Origin: a bacterium
Lineage (GTDB): Bacteria > Patescibacteriota > Minisyncoccia > Moranbacterales > UBA2206
Length of the DNA stretch: 64,000 nt
Assembly (NCBI GenBank): GCA_021788105.1
Contig: JAJYKZ010000001.1
Coordinates: forward strand, 19,333 to 83,332
Direction: 5' to 3'
Part shown: piece by piece, positions 47,891 to 57,634 of the stretch
Position numbering within the stretch: the stretch's first letter is position 1
Layout: every line of letters begins with the position of its first letter
Program-made: the position numbers and the translations under genes
The notes under the pieces: generated by a model
Database searches by the model: none
What the model was told of the DNA's origin: nothing
Seen by the model: only the letters and a program-made list of their open reading frames with translations

Positions 47891-49802
47891 TATTTCCGTT
47901 GTTGTTATAAGTTGTTGCGCCGCTTGTATTGTTGCCGCTGCCGGTGACGCTATTGGAATTGTCGCCCGTCCCGTCGGAATTCTGGCTTTGCAGAAAATAA
48001 TTTTGAAGATTGTGAAGCTGGCTGAACCGAGCCAGATCTGCCGCGGTAAAATTTTCTGTCGGCGGCACATTGTAGTAGTCTAGCAGAAATTTCATAAGTT
48101 CGCCAAAGGTCGGAGCCGCGCTGGATTCCGCCCATTCAACCGCTTTCGGATTGACGATCTCAACCAGAATTACGAATTTCGGATCGCCCATCGGCGCAAA
48201 TCCCGCAAACGATCCGATAGTCATCCCTTCCGCGTAGCCGCGCGAATCGGTGCTGGCTACCTGGGCTGTTCCGGTTTTTCCCGCCACCAAATAACCCGGG
48301 ACGTCCGCCATCTTGCCCGTTCCGTCCGTTACCACGGCACGAAGCATCTGCGTATCTTCCTGAGCGGCTCTTTGTGAAATTACCCGCCGCACTTTCGCCG
48401 GCTGAATTGTTTCCGTGCTGCCGTCCGAATGGATTATCTTATCTACAATCTGCGGCTTCATCAATTCTCCGTCGTTGGCGATCGCGCTGTAAGCCGCGGT
48501 CAGCTGAATCGGCGTCATCGTAATTCCTTGTCCGAAAGAAGCGGTATAAAAACTTATATTGCTGTTCACATTATCAAGATTGGCCAGCGTTCCCGCACTT
48601 TCTCCGGGAAGATCGATATCGGTTTTTGCTCCGAATCCGAAACGTTTTACATAGTCAAGAAAATTTTTATTGCCGATTTGCTTTTCGGCAAAAATTGCTC
48701 CGGTGTTCAATGATTTTTCCAAAACCTGCGTCATTGTCTGGACGCCATAAGCTTTCAAAAGCGCGTTTTTGATCGTATAACCATCGATATGGACCGCGCC
48801 CGTGTCGGTATAGGTGGTGTCCGGCGCAATCTTATTGCTATCGAGCGCCGCCGCCATCGTTATCGGCTTAAAAATACTTCCGCACTCATAGGCCGCGCTC
48901 ACGGCCGGATTCATATAGAAACTCATATCGCTCACTTGCGAATAATTGTTCGGATCAAAAGTCGGATAGTCAGCCATCGCCAAAATTTTTCCAGTCTGCG
49001 GCTCCATCACCACGATACTTCCGCTGTCTGCCTGATATTTGTCGACCGAACTTTGCAATAAATTTTCCGCTTCATACTGAACGTTATGGTCGATCGTCAA
49101 AACCAAACTGTCTCCGTCTTTTGCCTGCGTAATTTCTTTCTTTCCAACCGCCGCCCATCCGCCGGACGCGTCCTTGCTCTGAAAAACAGTGCCCGCCTGT
49201 CCTTTTAATTCATCTTCAAAGGAAGCTTCTGTTCCATAACGCCCGGCCAGTATGTTCCCCTTCCAACCCAGAAATCCCAAAACATTGGCCGCCAACTGGT
49301 CAGAAGGATAGTAGCGGAAAGTTTCCGGCGCCAGATGGATTCCTTTCAGGTTAAGATTTTTAATTTTCTGAATTTCATCATCGCCCAATCTGTGCTTGAG
49401 CGGCTCGTACGAATCGTTCTGATTGCCGAATTTCCGAGCCAGATCGTCTTTGTCGAGCTGTAAAGCGTCTGCCACTTCCTGCGCCGCCTGATCGGGATTT
49501 TCAATTTCTTTCGGCACCGCGTAAGCCATCTGGGTTTCCTTATTCACCGCCGCGGGAAAAATACCATTTTTATCCTCCAAATAAATCTCGCCCCGATTAG
49601 GAACAAGCTTTTTAAAAAGACTGTGCTCATCGTCCGCCAGCGCCTTATACGAATCATGATTAATGACTTGCAGCGAATAAAGCTTGGCTAAAATTAAAAA
49701 AATGACAAGAAAAATTAAAAAAATCAGGGCGTATATTCTCCGGTCGGAGAAATTGTGTCTTTTATTTCCCTGATTTCTTTTTGCACTTCTGATTTCTGGC
49801 AT
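47865..49802 (-). CDS. ftsI: Class B penicillin-binding protein (FtsI-like)
   Basis: TM, RGEIY, RYYP, SIFK (SxxK), SLN (SxN), KTGTAQ; dcw context. Confidence 0.85.
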   Translation of the reverse strand: MPEIRSAKRNQGNKRHNFSDRRIYALIFLIFLVIFLILAKLYSLQVINHDSYKALADDEHSLFKKLVPNRGEIYLEDKNGIFPAAVNKETQMAYAVPKEIENPDQAAQEVADALQLDKDDLARKFGNQNDSYEPLKHRLGDDEIQKIKNLNLKGIHLAPETFRYYPSDQLAANVLGFLGWKGNILAGRYGTEASFEDELKGQAGTVFQSKDASGGWAAVGKKEITQAKDGDSLVLTIDHNVQYEAENLLQSSVDKYQADSGSIVVMEPQTGKILAMADYPTFDPNNYSQVSDMSFYMNPAVSAAYECGSIFKPITMAAALDSNKIAPDTTYTDTGAVHIDGYTIKNALLKAYGVQTMTQVLEKSLNTGAIFAEKQIGNKNFLDYVKRFGFGAKTDIDLPGESAGTLANLDNVNSNISFYTASFGQGITMTPIQLTAAYSAIANDGELMKPQIVDKIIHSDGSTETIQPAKVRRVISQRAAQEDTQMLRAVVTDGTGKMADVPGYLVAGKTGTAQVASTDSRGYAEGMTIGSFAGFAPMGDPKFVILVEIVNPKAVEWAESSAAPTFGELMKFLLDYYNVPPTENFTAADLARFSQLHNLQNYFLQSQNSDGTGDNSNSVTGSGNNTSGATTYNNNGNNESNKKSN

Positions 49803-49825
49803 TTCTTTTCAAACAAAATATTAAA

Positions 49826-50227
49826 TTATTTCATCGCTACCGGACCGTCCAACTCGATATATGAAACATTGGCGGTGTTAACCAGATTTAGATTCTTGGC
49901 TGATTTTTCAATGTTATAAGTGGATTGCAGTTCCGTTGACTGTATTTCCAAATCATTTCCCTCTTTTTGATATTCCTGAATCTTGTTCTGGATATTTTGC
50001 AGTTGAAAACCGGCTGACGCGACGCTGTTAACCTGATAAAGATAAAATCCCCCGGCAAAAAACAGCATTCCGGAAAGCACGGCTCCTGCCAATCCGATTT
50101 TTACGCCGCCATTGAGCGAGCTGCCTATTTTTTTTGCGACTGTTTCTTTTTGATTCGACAAAGCGGCGCCTCTTTTTAGCGGGCGGTTTTTTTGAAGCAA
50201 TGCCGAATTGGTTATAATCCTTGTCAT
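49826..50227 (-). CDS. ftsL: FtsL-like bitopic coiled-coil protein
   Basis: Located between rsmH and the PBP; TM, YLYQVN, coiled coil, IEKSAKNLNL. Confidence 0.6.
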   Translation of the reverse strand: MTRIITNSALLQKNRPLKRGAALSNQKETVAKKIGSSLNGGVKIGLAGAVLSGMLFFAGGFYLYQVNSVASAGFQLQNIQNKIQEYQKEGNDLEIQSTELQSTYNIEKSAKNLNLVNTANVSYIELDGPVAMK

Positions 50228-50247
50228 CAATTTTCAGTCCCCCTGAA

Positions 50248-50339
50248 AATTTACCCACACACCAATTTCCCCTTGAAAGAACTTGCGCGTACATTTTTCC
50301 ATTATCCACTTAAAAGAAAAATTGGTGTGGGGTTAAATT
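50248..50339. repeat. MITE-like element with 21-bp imperfect inverted arms
   Basis: AATTTACCCACACACCAATTT (50248-50268) matches the reverse complement of 50319-50339 at 19 of 21 positions. Confidence 0.6.
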
Positions 50340-50362
50340 GTATTTTTATTATTTTTTATTTT

Positions 50363-51352
50363 TTAAATTTTTTCGCAGATCCGAAGCTTGGCGCTCCTGG
50401 CCCGCGGATTGACGTCGATTTCCTGGGCACTCGGTCCGATCGGTTTTTTGGTGATTATTTTGATCACCGGTTTCCGACCGCACCGGCACTCCGGAAATTC
50501 TGGCGGGCAAATGCATCCCCTAGCATTTTCCCGAAATATATTTTTAACAATTCGATCTTCCAATGAATGGAACGAAATAATGGCCAACCTTCCTCCCGCT
50601 TTCAAGCTTCCAATCGCATCCGGCACAAATTTTTTCAAACTTTCCAATTCATTGTTCGTCTCGATGCGCAAAGCTTGAAAAGTCTTGGTCGCCGGATGCC
50701 TGCCCCGTGGTCCGACTTCTTGTCGGATTTTACGGGGAATTTTGCCATATTTGAATTTTTCTGGAATGGCGCTCCTGACTATTTCCGCCAGCTCGGTGGT
50801 CGTTTCAATCGTTTTATCTTGCCTTGCTTCGATTATTTTTTTAACGATGTTTTTGGCAAATTTTTCTTCGCCGTAATTTTTTAAAATATATTCTAATTCT
50901 TCTTGCGGGTATTCATTGACGATTTGATGGGCGGTCAGCTCTTGGCTCCGGTCCAGCCTCATGTCGAGCGGTCCTTCTTTTTGAAAACTTAATCCCCGTT
51001 CGATGTCTTCCATCTGGTCGGAAGAAAATCCCAAATCCGCCGCGATGCCGTCCACGCCTGCAATTCCCAAATCTTCTAAAACATTTTTTATCTCCGCAAA
51101 ATTAGCTTTAATGATCTTGATGTTCGCTAAGAAAAAATTATCAATCTTCGATTCTTCAGTTCTCTTTCGGAATCTTTCGAGCGCCTCTTCATCGCGGTCA
51201 ATCGCCACCAATTTTCCGCTCGGACCGATTCGTCTCAATATTTCGCGGCTATGTCCTCCGCCTCCCAAAGTCACATCCGCCACCGTCATTCCTTCTTTCA
51301 AATTCAATCCGTCGATTGTTTCGTTAAGTAAAACTGATTTGTGAATTGTCAT
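50363..51352 (-). CDS. rsmH: 16S rRNA m4C1402 methyltransferase RsmH (with a short palindromic insertion)
   Basis: HKSVLL, DVTLGGGGHS, DLGFSSDQ, PLDMR, HPATKTFQALRI, SFHSLEDR, NPRARSAKLR. Confidence 0.97.
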   Translation of the reverse strand: MTIHKSVLLNETIDGLNLKEGMTVADVTLGGGGHSREILRRIGPSGKLVAIDRDEEALERFRKRTEESKIDNFFLANIKIIKANFAEIKNVLEDLGIAGVDGIAADLGFSSDQMEDIERGLSFQKEGPLDMRLDRSQELTAHQIVNEYPQEELEYILKNYGEEKFAKNIVKKIIEARQDKTIETTTELAEIVRSAIPEKFKYGKIPRKIRQEVGPRGRHPATKTFQALRIETNNELESLKKFVPDAIGSLKAGGRLAIISFHSLEDRIVKNIFRENARGCICPPEFPECRCGRKPVIKIITKKPIGPSAQEIDVNPRARSAKLRICEKI

Positions 51353-51353
51353 A

Positions 51354-51788
51354 TTAGTAGACTCCTAGTTTTCCCAACTGCTCGGCAATGTCGTCCGTAT
51401 TTTTCTCGGCGTTTTTCTTGTATTCGTTCCATTTTCCTTCGTCCCAGATTTCCAAACGATTGTACAAGCCGGCAATCACCACATTCTTGGAAAGTCCGGC
51501 GTATTCTTTCAAATAGTCCGGAATCAAAATTCTGCCTTGCTTGTCAACATCGACATCAATCGCTCCGGCCAGCATCAGACGCGTGAAACTTCGGGTTCCC
51601 GATTCGCCGACCGGCAACGTTCCCAGCTTTCCCGCCAACGCTTCCCAGGCTTTCATCGTATAAAGGAACAGACATTTGTCCAAGCCTCTAGTTATTACAA
51701 TTTTGCTTTTCAATTCAGCACGAAATTTGCTTGGCACGGCCAATCTTTTTTTCGGATCGATGGAATGTGAATACTCGCCGATGAACAT
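51354..51788 (-). CDS. mraZ: Transcriptional regulator MraZ
   Basis: MFIGEY.HSIDPKKRLAVP, DKQGRILIP, RLEIW. Confidence 0.97.
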   Translation of the reverse strand: MFIGEYSHSIDPKKRLAVPSKFRAELKSKIVITRGLDKCLFLYTMKAWEALAGKLGTLPVGESGTRSFTRLMLAGAIDVDVDKQGRILIPDYLKEYAGLSKNVVIAGLYNRLEIWDEGKWNEYKKNAEKNTDDIAEQLGKLGVY

Positions 51789-51824
51789 AATACGAAACGC
51801 GGAGGATGTTAACTTTTCAATTTA

Positions 51825-51902
51825 CCACTTTCCCCCACTTATATTGTCTATGACTCTATTTTACCCCACCACCAAACATCGGTCAACACAAAGTTATCCA
51901 CA
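51825..51902 (-). promoter_or_regulatory. mraZ/dcw promoter with MraZ boxes and an upstream DnaA box
   Basis: TTGACC (51886-51881), 17 nt, TAAAAT (51863-51858); GTGG-N6-GTGG at 51838-51825; TTATCCACA at 51894-51902. Confidence 0.75.
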
Positions 51903-52015
51903 GGAAAAAATAAAAAAACAGCCCTGTTTTTTCAAGCTGTTAATTTGACTCTTACTAAACTTATTAATTCTACATGCTTTTAAAAATACTCACATCTAGA
52001 AACAGCAAGGAAGGC

Positions 52016-52343
52016 CTACAATTTTTTATAAACCCAAAAAGGAACCGCGAACATAAGACCATAAAAAAAGGGAAACAAGAAAATATCTACGGCGTTCAAA
52101 TTATGAAAAACTGTTTTTTCCAAAACGGGACCAAGAATAAACCAAGTTAAAAAAACCTGTAAAAACCGGCTTTTTCCTGAAAATTAAAAAGGAAATTGAA
52201 AAAAGCAATCCATACCAGAGGACAAAAGGAATTAACCACAACGCGGAAGAAAAAGTTTTGGAAGGAAAAATTATTGTCGGAATGGATTCAAAAACAAGCG
52301 CGGACAGAAGCGAAACCAATAAAAAATAAAAAAATTTTTTCAT
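52016..52343 (-). pseudogene. Small multi-TM membrane protein split by a +1 frameshift (homopolymer runs at 52149-52165)
   Basis: Hydrophobic ORF continues in the +1 frame as VFLTWFILGPVLEKTVFHNLNAVDIFLFPFFYGLMFAVPFWVYKKL*. Confidence 0.55.
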
Positions 52344-52417
52344 ATCGCATGATTCTTATTATAAAAGTCAAGGCATTAGATTTCGATTTAAAAACCTTGG
52401 TTTTAACCGAGGTTTTT

Positions 52418-52693
52418 TTATTTTATATTCTCCATCACCTTATCCAAAGATTCAACAATCACGTCCGCTTCTTGCAGCTCATTCAAGCGCGCGCCTTTCA
52501 CATGCTTCCATACTAATTTAAAACCCATCTTTGGGCAAATGAAAAAGGGCGGCATGCTATCCATAAAATATCTTTCTGGCTTTCTGCAGAAAGCCAGAAA
52601 GTCGATGCGTGATAAAAATAGATTCACTTTTTGAGCAAACAAAAAAAACGGAATCCACTTGTAAAAACAAGAGTTCCGTTTGAATAATTTCAT
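52418..52693 (-). CDS. Hypothetical protein (91 aa)
   Basis: ORF followed by a hairpin at 52389-52418; no motif recognised. Confidence 0.45.
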   Translation of the reverse strand: MKLFKRNSCFYKWIPFFLFAQKVNLFLSRIDFLAFCRKPERYFMDSMPPFFICPKMGFKLVWKHVKGARLNELQEADVIVESLDKVMENIK

Positions 52694-52723
52694 CCAATAG
52701 TCAACCAGTGAACTTACACTTCT

Positions 52724-53044
52724 TTATAAATCACTTCGTCCACGCTTTTTCTCACCCGCGGATGCGGTCTTGGATTTTTTGATAAATTCGGCGGTCTTTT
52801 TGGTAACGTGATGAAAACTGCCTCCGAAATTCCGGTCCCAAATTTTTAAAGCTTTGGGCGCGCCTGGTTTTTTATTTTTTTTGCGCCGCCGCTTCTTTTC
52901 CTCCCGTTTTTTCATCTTCACAAATTGCCGGCTGACAATCGGCTCGCCGGACTCATCAAACGATTTCTCCGGTTTCGGATTGCGCAACAAAAGCTTTCCG
53001 CCTTTGGCAATTACCGAACTGACTTTTTTTATTTTCTTTTTCAT
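52724..53044 (-). CDS. Highly basic hypothetical protein
   Basis: 106-aa K/R-rich ORF co-oriented with its neighbours. Confidence 0.55.
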   Translation of the reverse strand: MKKKIKKVSSVIAKGGKLLLRNPKPEKSFDESGEPIVSRQFVKMKKREEKKRRRKKNKKPGAPKALKIWDRNFGGSFHHVTKKTAEFIKKSKTASAGEKKRGRSDL

Positions 53045-53134
53045 AATTTACTTTAATAGAATGGGCCAGACACAAATTATTATAACATAAAAAATGGGCT
53101 TTATTTTAAAAAATAAAAACCAGCGCGTTCGAAA

Positions 53135-53584
53135 CTATTTCTTTTTATAGAGTCCTGATAAAATCGCATGCTCGATTATATGCGGACGCATCGCCCTTTT
53201 TACTTCTTCGCAAGTGGCATCATGCGCAAGCTTCAGCTTGGCGTCCAAAGCAAAGATTTTAAAGTGATATTGATGGGCTACTCCCCAAGGCGGACACGGT
53301 CCGCGATAGCCGGGCATGCGAAAATCATTCAAGGCCTCCCGGGCACCAGCCGGAATTTTTCCCGACGCGATTTTTTTTATTTTCGGATCAATATTCCACA
53401 CCAGCCAATGAATCCAGTCGCGCGAAGGCACTTCGGGAGAATCCGCAATCAAAACCAAGCTCTTGGCTTCCTTGGGAATCTTTAAAAATTCCAGGGCCGG
53501 ATTGATATTTTCTCCGTCGCACGTATGACGCGAAGGAATGAATTGTCCGTTGTCAAAAACCGGACTTTTAATTTTAATCGCCAT
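53135..53584 (-). CDS. YbhB/YbcL (PEBP, Raf kinase inhibitor-like) protein
   Basis: TCDGENINP, WIHWLVWNI, GYRGPCPP, HQYHFKIFALD. Confidence 0.92.
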   Translation of the reverse strand: MAIKIKSPVFDNGQFIPSRHTCDGENINPALEFLKIPKEAKSLVLIADSPEVPSRDWIHWLVWNIDPKIKKIASGKIPAGAREALNDFRMPGYRGPCPPWGVAHQYHFKIFALDAKLKLAHDATCEEVKRAMRPHIIEHAILSGLYKKK

Positions 53585-53592
53585 ATGTAAAA

Positions 53593-54159
53593 TTATTTCA
53601 ACCTTTTTTCCACCTGCCCCCAATCAATATTCTTCATGAACGCGTCGATATAGCTTCCTTTGTCTTTGCCGTAATCGGGAAAAAAAGCGTGTTCGAAAAC
53701 ATCCATAACAAGAAGCGGATTGAATCCGGCCGGATGGCCGGCGTCATGTTCATTGATCCAGGAGTTTACCAAGTTGCCGGTTTTCGTGTCTTGGTACGCA
53801 ACCACCCAACCGATCCCGCGCATTTTTCCGGTCGCCAAAAAATCTTCCTTCCATTCTTCATAGCTCCCGAATGTTTGATCCATCGTCCGGCAGACCATTC
53901 CTCTTTTGTCGAACTGGCCGCTGCCGCCCAGGTTTTCAAAATACAATTCGTGCAAAACCATTCCGTTCAGTTCCCAGCCCAGCCTTCTTTTTACTTCCGC
54001 GTACTCCGGAGAATCTTTGAAAAGTTTGCGCAACAGTTCCATATTTTTGTTCGTGTTATTGACGTAGCCTTCATACAGCCCGAAGTGGATGTCCAGCGCC
54101 TTATCACCGAATCCGGCCATTCCTTTAAGAAGGGAAAAATCTTTTTTCTTGTATTCCAT
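53593..54159 (-). CDS. Fe/Mn superoxide dismutase family protein
   Basis: HFGLYEGYV.N, LHELYFENL, GIGW, PLLVMDVFEHAF. Confidence 0.85.
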   Translation of the reverse strand: MEYKKKDFSLLKGMAGFGDKALDIHFGLYEGYVNNTNKNMELLRKLFKDSPEYAEVKRRLGWELNGMVLHELYFENLGGSGQFDKRGMVCRTMDQTFGSYEEWKEDFLATGKMRGIGWVVAYQDTKTGNLVNSWINEHDAGHPAGFNPLLVMDVFEHAFFPDYGKDKGSYIDAFMKNIDWGQVEKRLK

Positions 54160-54352
54160 ATGTTTTGTTGGAAAAATTAAATTATTAGCAAACAAGCGAT
54201 GAAAGATTCGATTTTGACCGCTTGTAATAATACACGAAATTTTCCTTTCTTATTGCATCTGATCTGCTCCGGATTTATCCACACTTGCGGATTAATTTAT
54301 ATAATTGTATAATTTAAAGGTCAGTAAAATCCGCTGGCCAAAAATCAAAAAA

Positions 54353-55090
54353 ATGGAAGAAAAAAATAAAGACAAAAAAGAAGAAGACAATTCGGAAAAA
54401 GTTGAAGCGCTCCGCCAGATGATCTACAACGCGGAAAAAACTCTTCAGGGAGCCAAAGCGATGCTTTTGCAGCTGGAAGGAAAAAAGAAAGTCGGCCGAA
54501 AAAGAAAGTCTGCGGAAGAAGAAGGCGAAGGAAAAATCATCGAAGGAACTTTTGACGGGCAGATTATGCTCGGTACGGACGGAAAACAATATCCGGTTCC
54601 GGCCAACTACGCTTCAAAATCAAAATTAGTCGAAGGAGACTTGCTTAAACTTACCATAACTCCGGACGGATCTTTCATCTACAAACAAATCGGTCCGGTG
54701 GAAAGAAAAAGAATGATCGGCACCGTCAATCAGGACGCCGAAGGAAATTATTTTGTCATGGCCGAAGGAAAACCCTATCGCGTGCTTCTGGCTTCTATCA
54801 CCTATTTTAAAGTCGAACCGGGCGATGAAGTTACCATAGTCACTTCGCGCGACATCGATTCAGATTGGGGCGCGATCGAAAACGTCATCCAAAAAGGAAA
54901 AATTTTTGATTTTGGAAAAAGCAGAAAAACAGATGACGCGGAAAAAATATCCAGCGATGAAGACAAAAAAGATCATTTGGGAACAGAAAGCGCCGCTCCG
55001 GAAGATAATAAGAAATCAATCGTGGATGAATGGCTTCCTGATTTGGAAGAACTGAAAAAAGAACTGAACAGCACAACATCAGATTTTTAA
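54353..55090 (+). CDS. Conserved CPR-type hypothetical protein
   Basis: IEGTFDGQIM...GKQYPVPANYASKSKLVEGD.LKLTI core; acidic tail. Confidence 0.75.
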   Translation: MEEKNKDKKEEDNSEKVEALRQMIYNAEKTLQGAKAMLLQLEGKKKVGRKRKSAEEEGEGKIIEGTFDGQIMLGTDGKQYPVPANYASKSKLVEGDLLKLTITPDGSFIYKQIGPVERKRMIGTVNQDAEGNYFVMAEGKPYRVLLASITYFKVEPGDEVTIVTSRDIDSDWGAIENVIQKGKIFDFGKSRKTDDAEKISSDEDKKDHLGTESAAPEDNKKSIVDEWLPDLEELKKELNSTTSDF

Positions 55091-55108
55091 ATAATCAACA
55101 AAAAAATT

Positions 55109-55738
55109 ATGAAAACAAAAACCGCAGAATTGGCGAGTTCCAAGGACTATTTTTTAGTGGCCTTTATCGGTCTCTCTTTCGCACTTTTTTCCATTCCAAT
55201 ATTGAACAATGTCCAGCTATCCTTTTTAAAACTCAGTTTTTCAACCATATCCCTGCTTATAATATTTTTCGTCTTGTTTGCAGTCCTGGCCATGTGGGTC
55301 GCCGCCTTGATAAGCCGCAGGATTCCGATTATTTTCCAACTTGCTAAATTTGCGGCGTCCGGCGCATTCAATACATTTTTGGATTGGGGTATTTTAAATT
55401 TATTCATGGCCTTTTTCGGCATCACGGCTGGCATCGGTTATGTGCTTTTCAAAGGAACTTCTTTCACTGCCGCCACCGTCAGCAGCTACATCTGGAACAA
55501 ATATTGGACCTTCGAAGCGAAGAACAGCGCCAATCCTCAAGAATTTTGGAAATTCATCGCCGTCAGCATTGTCGGTTTCATCATCAACATCAGCTTGGCA
55601 GCTTTTATCGTGAACGTCATCCATCCGCTGGGAGGAATAACTCCGGCTCGCTGGGCCAACATCGGCGCGCTGTGCGCCACTGCCCTTTCGATGATTTGGA
55701 ATTTTGTCGGTTATAAAATCTTGGTTTTTAAAAAATAA
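55109..55738 (+). CDS. GtrA family flippase-like membrane protein
   Basis: KFAASGAFNTFLD, WNKYWTF, WNFVGYK.LVF. Confidence 0.9.
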   Translation: MKTKTAELASSKDYFLVAFIGLSFALFSIPILNNVQLSFLKLSFSTISLLIIFFVLFAVLAMWVAALISRRIPIIFQLAKFAASGAFNTFLDWGILNLFMAFFGITAGIGYVLFKGTSFTAATVSSYIWNKYWTFEAKNSANPQEFWKFIAVSIVGFIINISLAAFIVNVIHPLGGITPARWANIGALCATALSMIWNFVGYKILVFKK

Positions 55739-55841
55739 TTTCCATTTTCTTAAAAAATCGCTCTTCCCGGGCGGTTTTTTGTATGCTATAATATCTTAGA
55801 AGGGGTACCGCTAACTGGTACTCTTACTTAATTAAAACGCT

Positions 55842-57461
55842 ATGTCAGCCACTCTTTACCGCAAATACCGTCCTAAAAATTTTTCAGAAGTTATAGGACA
55901 AAAGCATATCGTCCAAACACTTTCCAATGCCATAAAGAATAATCGCGTCGGGCAAGCCTATCTCCTCACCGGACCGCGCGGCACCGGCAAAACTTCCATC
56001 GCCCGCATCTTTGCCAAAACGATCAACTGTGAAAATCTCAAAGATGCCATCAGCTGCGAAAAATGTTCTGCCTGCAAAACCGCGAGTGAAGGAAAATCGT
56101 TGGACATCATAGAAATCGACGCCGCCTCCAACACGGGCGTAGACAACATCCGTGAACTGCGCGAAACCATCAACCTCCCTCCAACCTCGCTCAAATACAA
56201 AGTCTACATTATCGACGAAGTGCATATGCTTTCCACCGGCGCTTTCAACGCGCTCCTCAAGACCCTGGAAGAACCGCCGGCTCATGTCGTTTTCATTTTA
56301 GCCACCACCGAAATCCACAAGGTTCCGGAAACAATTATTTCACGCTGTCAGCGATTTGATTTCGTTCGCCTTCCAATCCAAAACATTATCGAAAAACTGT
56401 CCCTCATCGCCAAGAACGAAAAAATTAAGATCGACAAAGATTCTTTGGAAATGATCGCTATCGCGGCTGAAGGCGGAATGCGCGACGCGGAAAGCCTTCT
56501 GGGGCAAGTCATCGCCCTGGAAGATGAGAACATCACCATCAAAGAAGTGGGAGAAATTCTAGGAACGACCGACCGAAAAATCGCCGCTGAGGTTTCCGAA
56601 AAAATCCTTATCGACGATTCAACCGCAGCCATTCGAAAAATCAATGAACTTCTGGAAAACGGCTACGATCTCCAGGTGTTCAATAAAGCTTTAGTCAATT
56701 ATCTGCGCCAGCTGATGCTTTTAAAAATAAATACGGAACTTAAAACTTCTTTTTCTTACGAACTGACTGATGAACAACTGAAAAAAATGCTCGAGCAAGC
56801 GGAAAAAATAGAATTGCTCAAAATCATACAGGCCATCAATCTCCTTATTGACGCGCAGAATAAAATTGCTTCTTCCATGCTCCCCCAGCTCCCACTCGAG
56901 ATTGCCATAATCAAAGCGACTCATGCGTTTCCAAATGAACAACCAACAATTCACAGCAAGCAACAAATCAACAAGCAAGACGCAAAAACACTGAATGCTG
57001 AAACAAAATCCTTCAATTTACCCGCCGATCATCAAATTAAAAATGAACCGATAAAACAGGAATCATCAAACATGTCCAAAAATGCTGGAGAAAAAATAGA
57101 CATCTATGAAGCAAAGAGCGCCTGGAATAAGCTTCTAGAAAACATTCGGCAATATAATCATTCGCTAAAAGCGCTTCTTTCCAACTGTAAAATTGTCAGT
57201 GCGGAAAACAACGAGATCACGCTGGCAACTCCTTATGATTTTTACAAAGAAAAACTTAATGATCCTCCCAATCGATTGACAGTCGAGCAAGTGTTTGGTA
57301 AAATCTTAGGGTCAAAAATTTCCCTGAAAACAATCACCAACAAAGAAGCCGGCATAAAAGACGCGCCGCAAAAAGAAGCGAACCGGGAAAAGCCGGAAGG
57401 CGTGCAGGATTCTCTTCTGAATTCGGCTTTGGAAATAATCGGCGGGAAAGTAGTTGAATAA
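55842..57461 (+). CDS. dnaX: DNA polymerase III subunit gamma/tau
   Basis: LYRKYRP, GPRGTGKTS, EIDAASN, IIDEVHMLS, SRCQ. Confidence 0.97.
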   Translation: MSATLYRKYRPKNFSEVIGQKHIVQTLSNAIKNNRVGQAYLLTGPRGTGKTSIARIFAKTINCENLKDAISCEKCSACKTASEGKSLDIIEIDAASNTGVDNIRELRETINLPPTSLKYKVYIIDEVHMLSTGAFNALLKTLEEPPAHVVFILATTEIHKVPETIISRCQRFDFVRLPIQNIIEKLSLIAKNEKIKIDKDSLEMIAIAAEGGMRDAESLLGQVIALEDENITIKEVGEILGTTDRKIAAEVSEKILIDDSTAAIRKINELLENGYDLQVFNKALVNYLRQLMLLKINTELKTSFSYELTDEQLKKMLEQAEKIELLKIIQAINLLIDAQNKIASSMLPQLPLEIAIIKATHAFPNEQPTIHSKQQINKQDAKTLNAETKSFNLPADHQIKNEPIKQESSNMSKNAGEKIDIYEAKSAWNKLLENIRQYNHSLKALLSNCKIVSAENNEITLATPYDFYKEKLNDPPNRLTVEQVFGKILGSKISLKTITNKEAGIKDAPQKEANREKPEGVQDSLLNSALEIIGGKVVE

Positions 57462-57469
57462 AAATAATT

Positions 57470-57541
57470 TGGAGAGTAGCCAAGCGGTAAGGCAACGGGT
57501 TCTGGTCCCGTCACGCGGGGGTTCGAATCCCTCCTCTCCAA
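57470..57541 (+). tRNA. tRNA-Gln (anticodon CTG), CCA not encoded
   Basis: TGGAGAG/CTCTCCA acceptor stem, ACGGG-TTCTGGT-CCCGT anticodon arm, GGTTCGAATCC T-arm. Confidence 0.95.
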
Positions 57542-57634
57542 CAGCGCAAGTTTAAAAGACACTCTCGCGGTGTTTTTTTGTTTTGAAGAGAATTTAACTG
57601 GCTTGAGATTGTAAATAATTGTAGATAAAAGTAT

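Noticed and set aside
47865-48070. Long N-terminal extension of MurF overlapping ftsI; similar extensions on rplU and the polyprenyl synthase
   Set aside because: Artefact of choosing the first possible start codon; downstream ATGs (47890, 669, 44498) give normal proteins.
54305-55090. A second ribosomal L7/L12-like gene
   Set aside because: No L7/L12 motifs; the real rplL is at 58233..58637.
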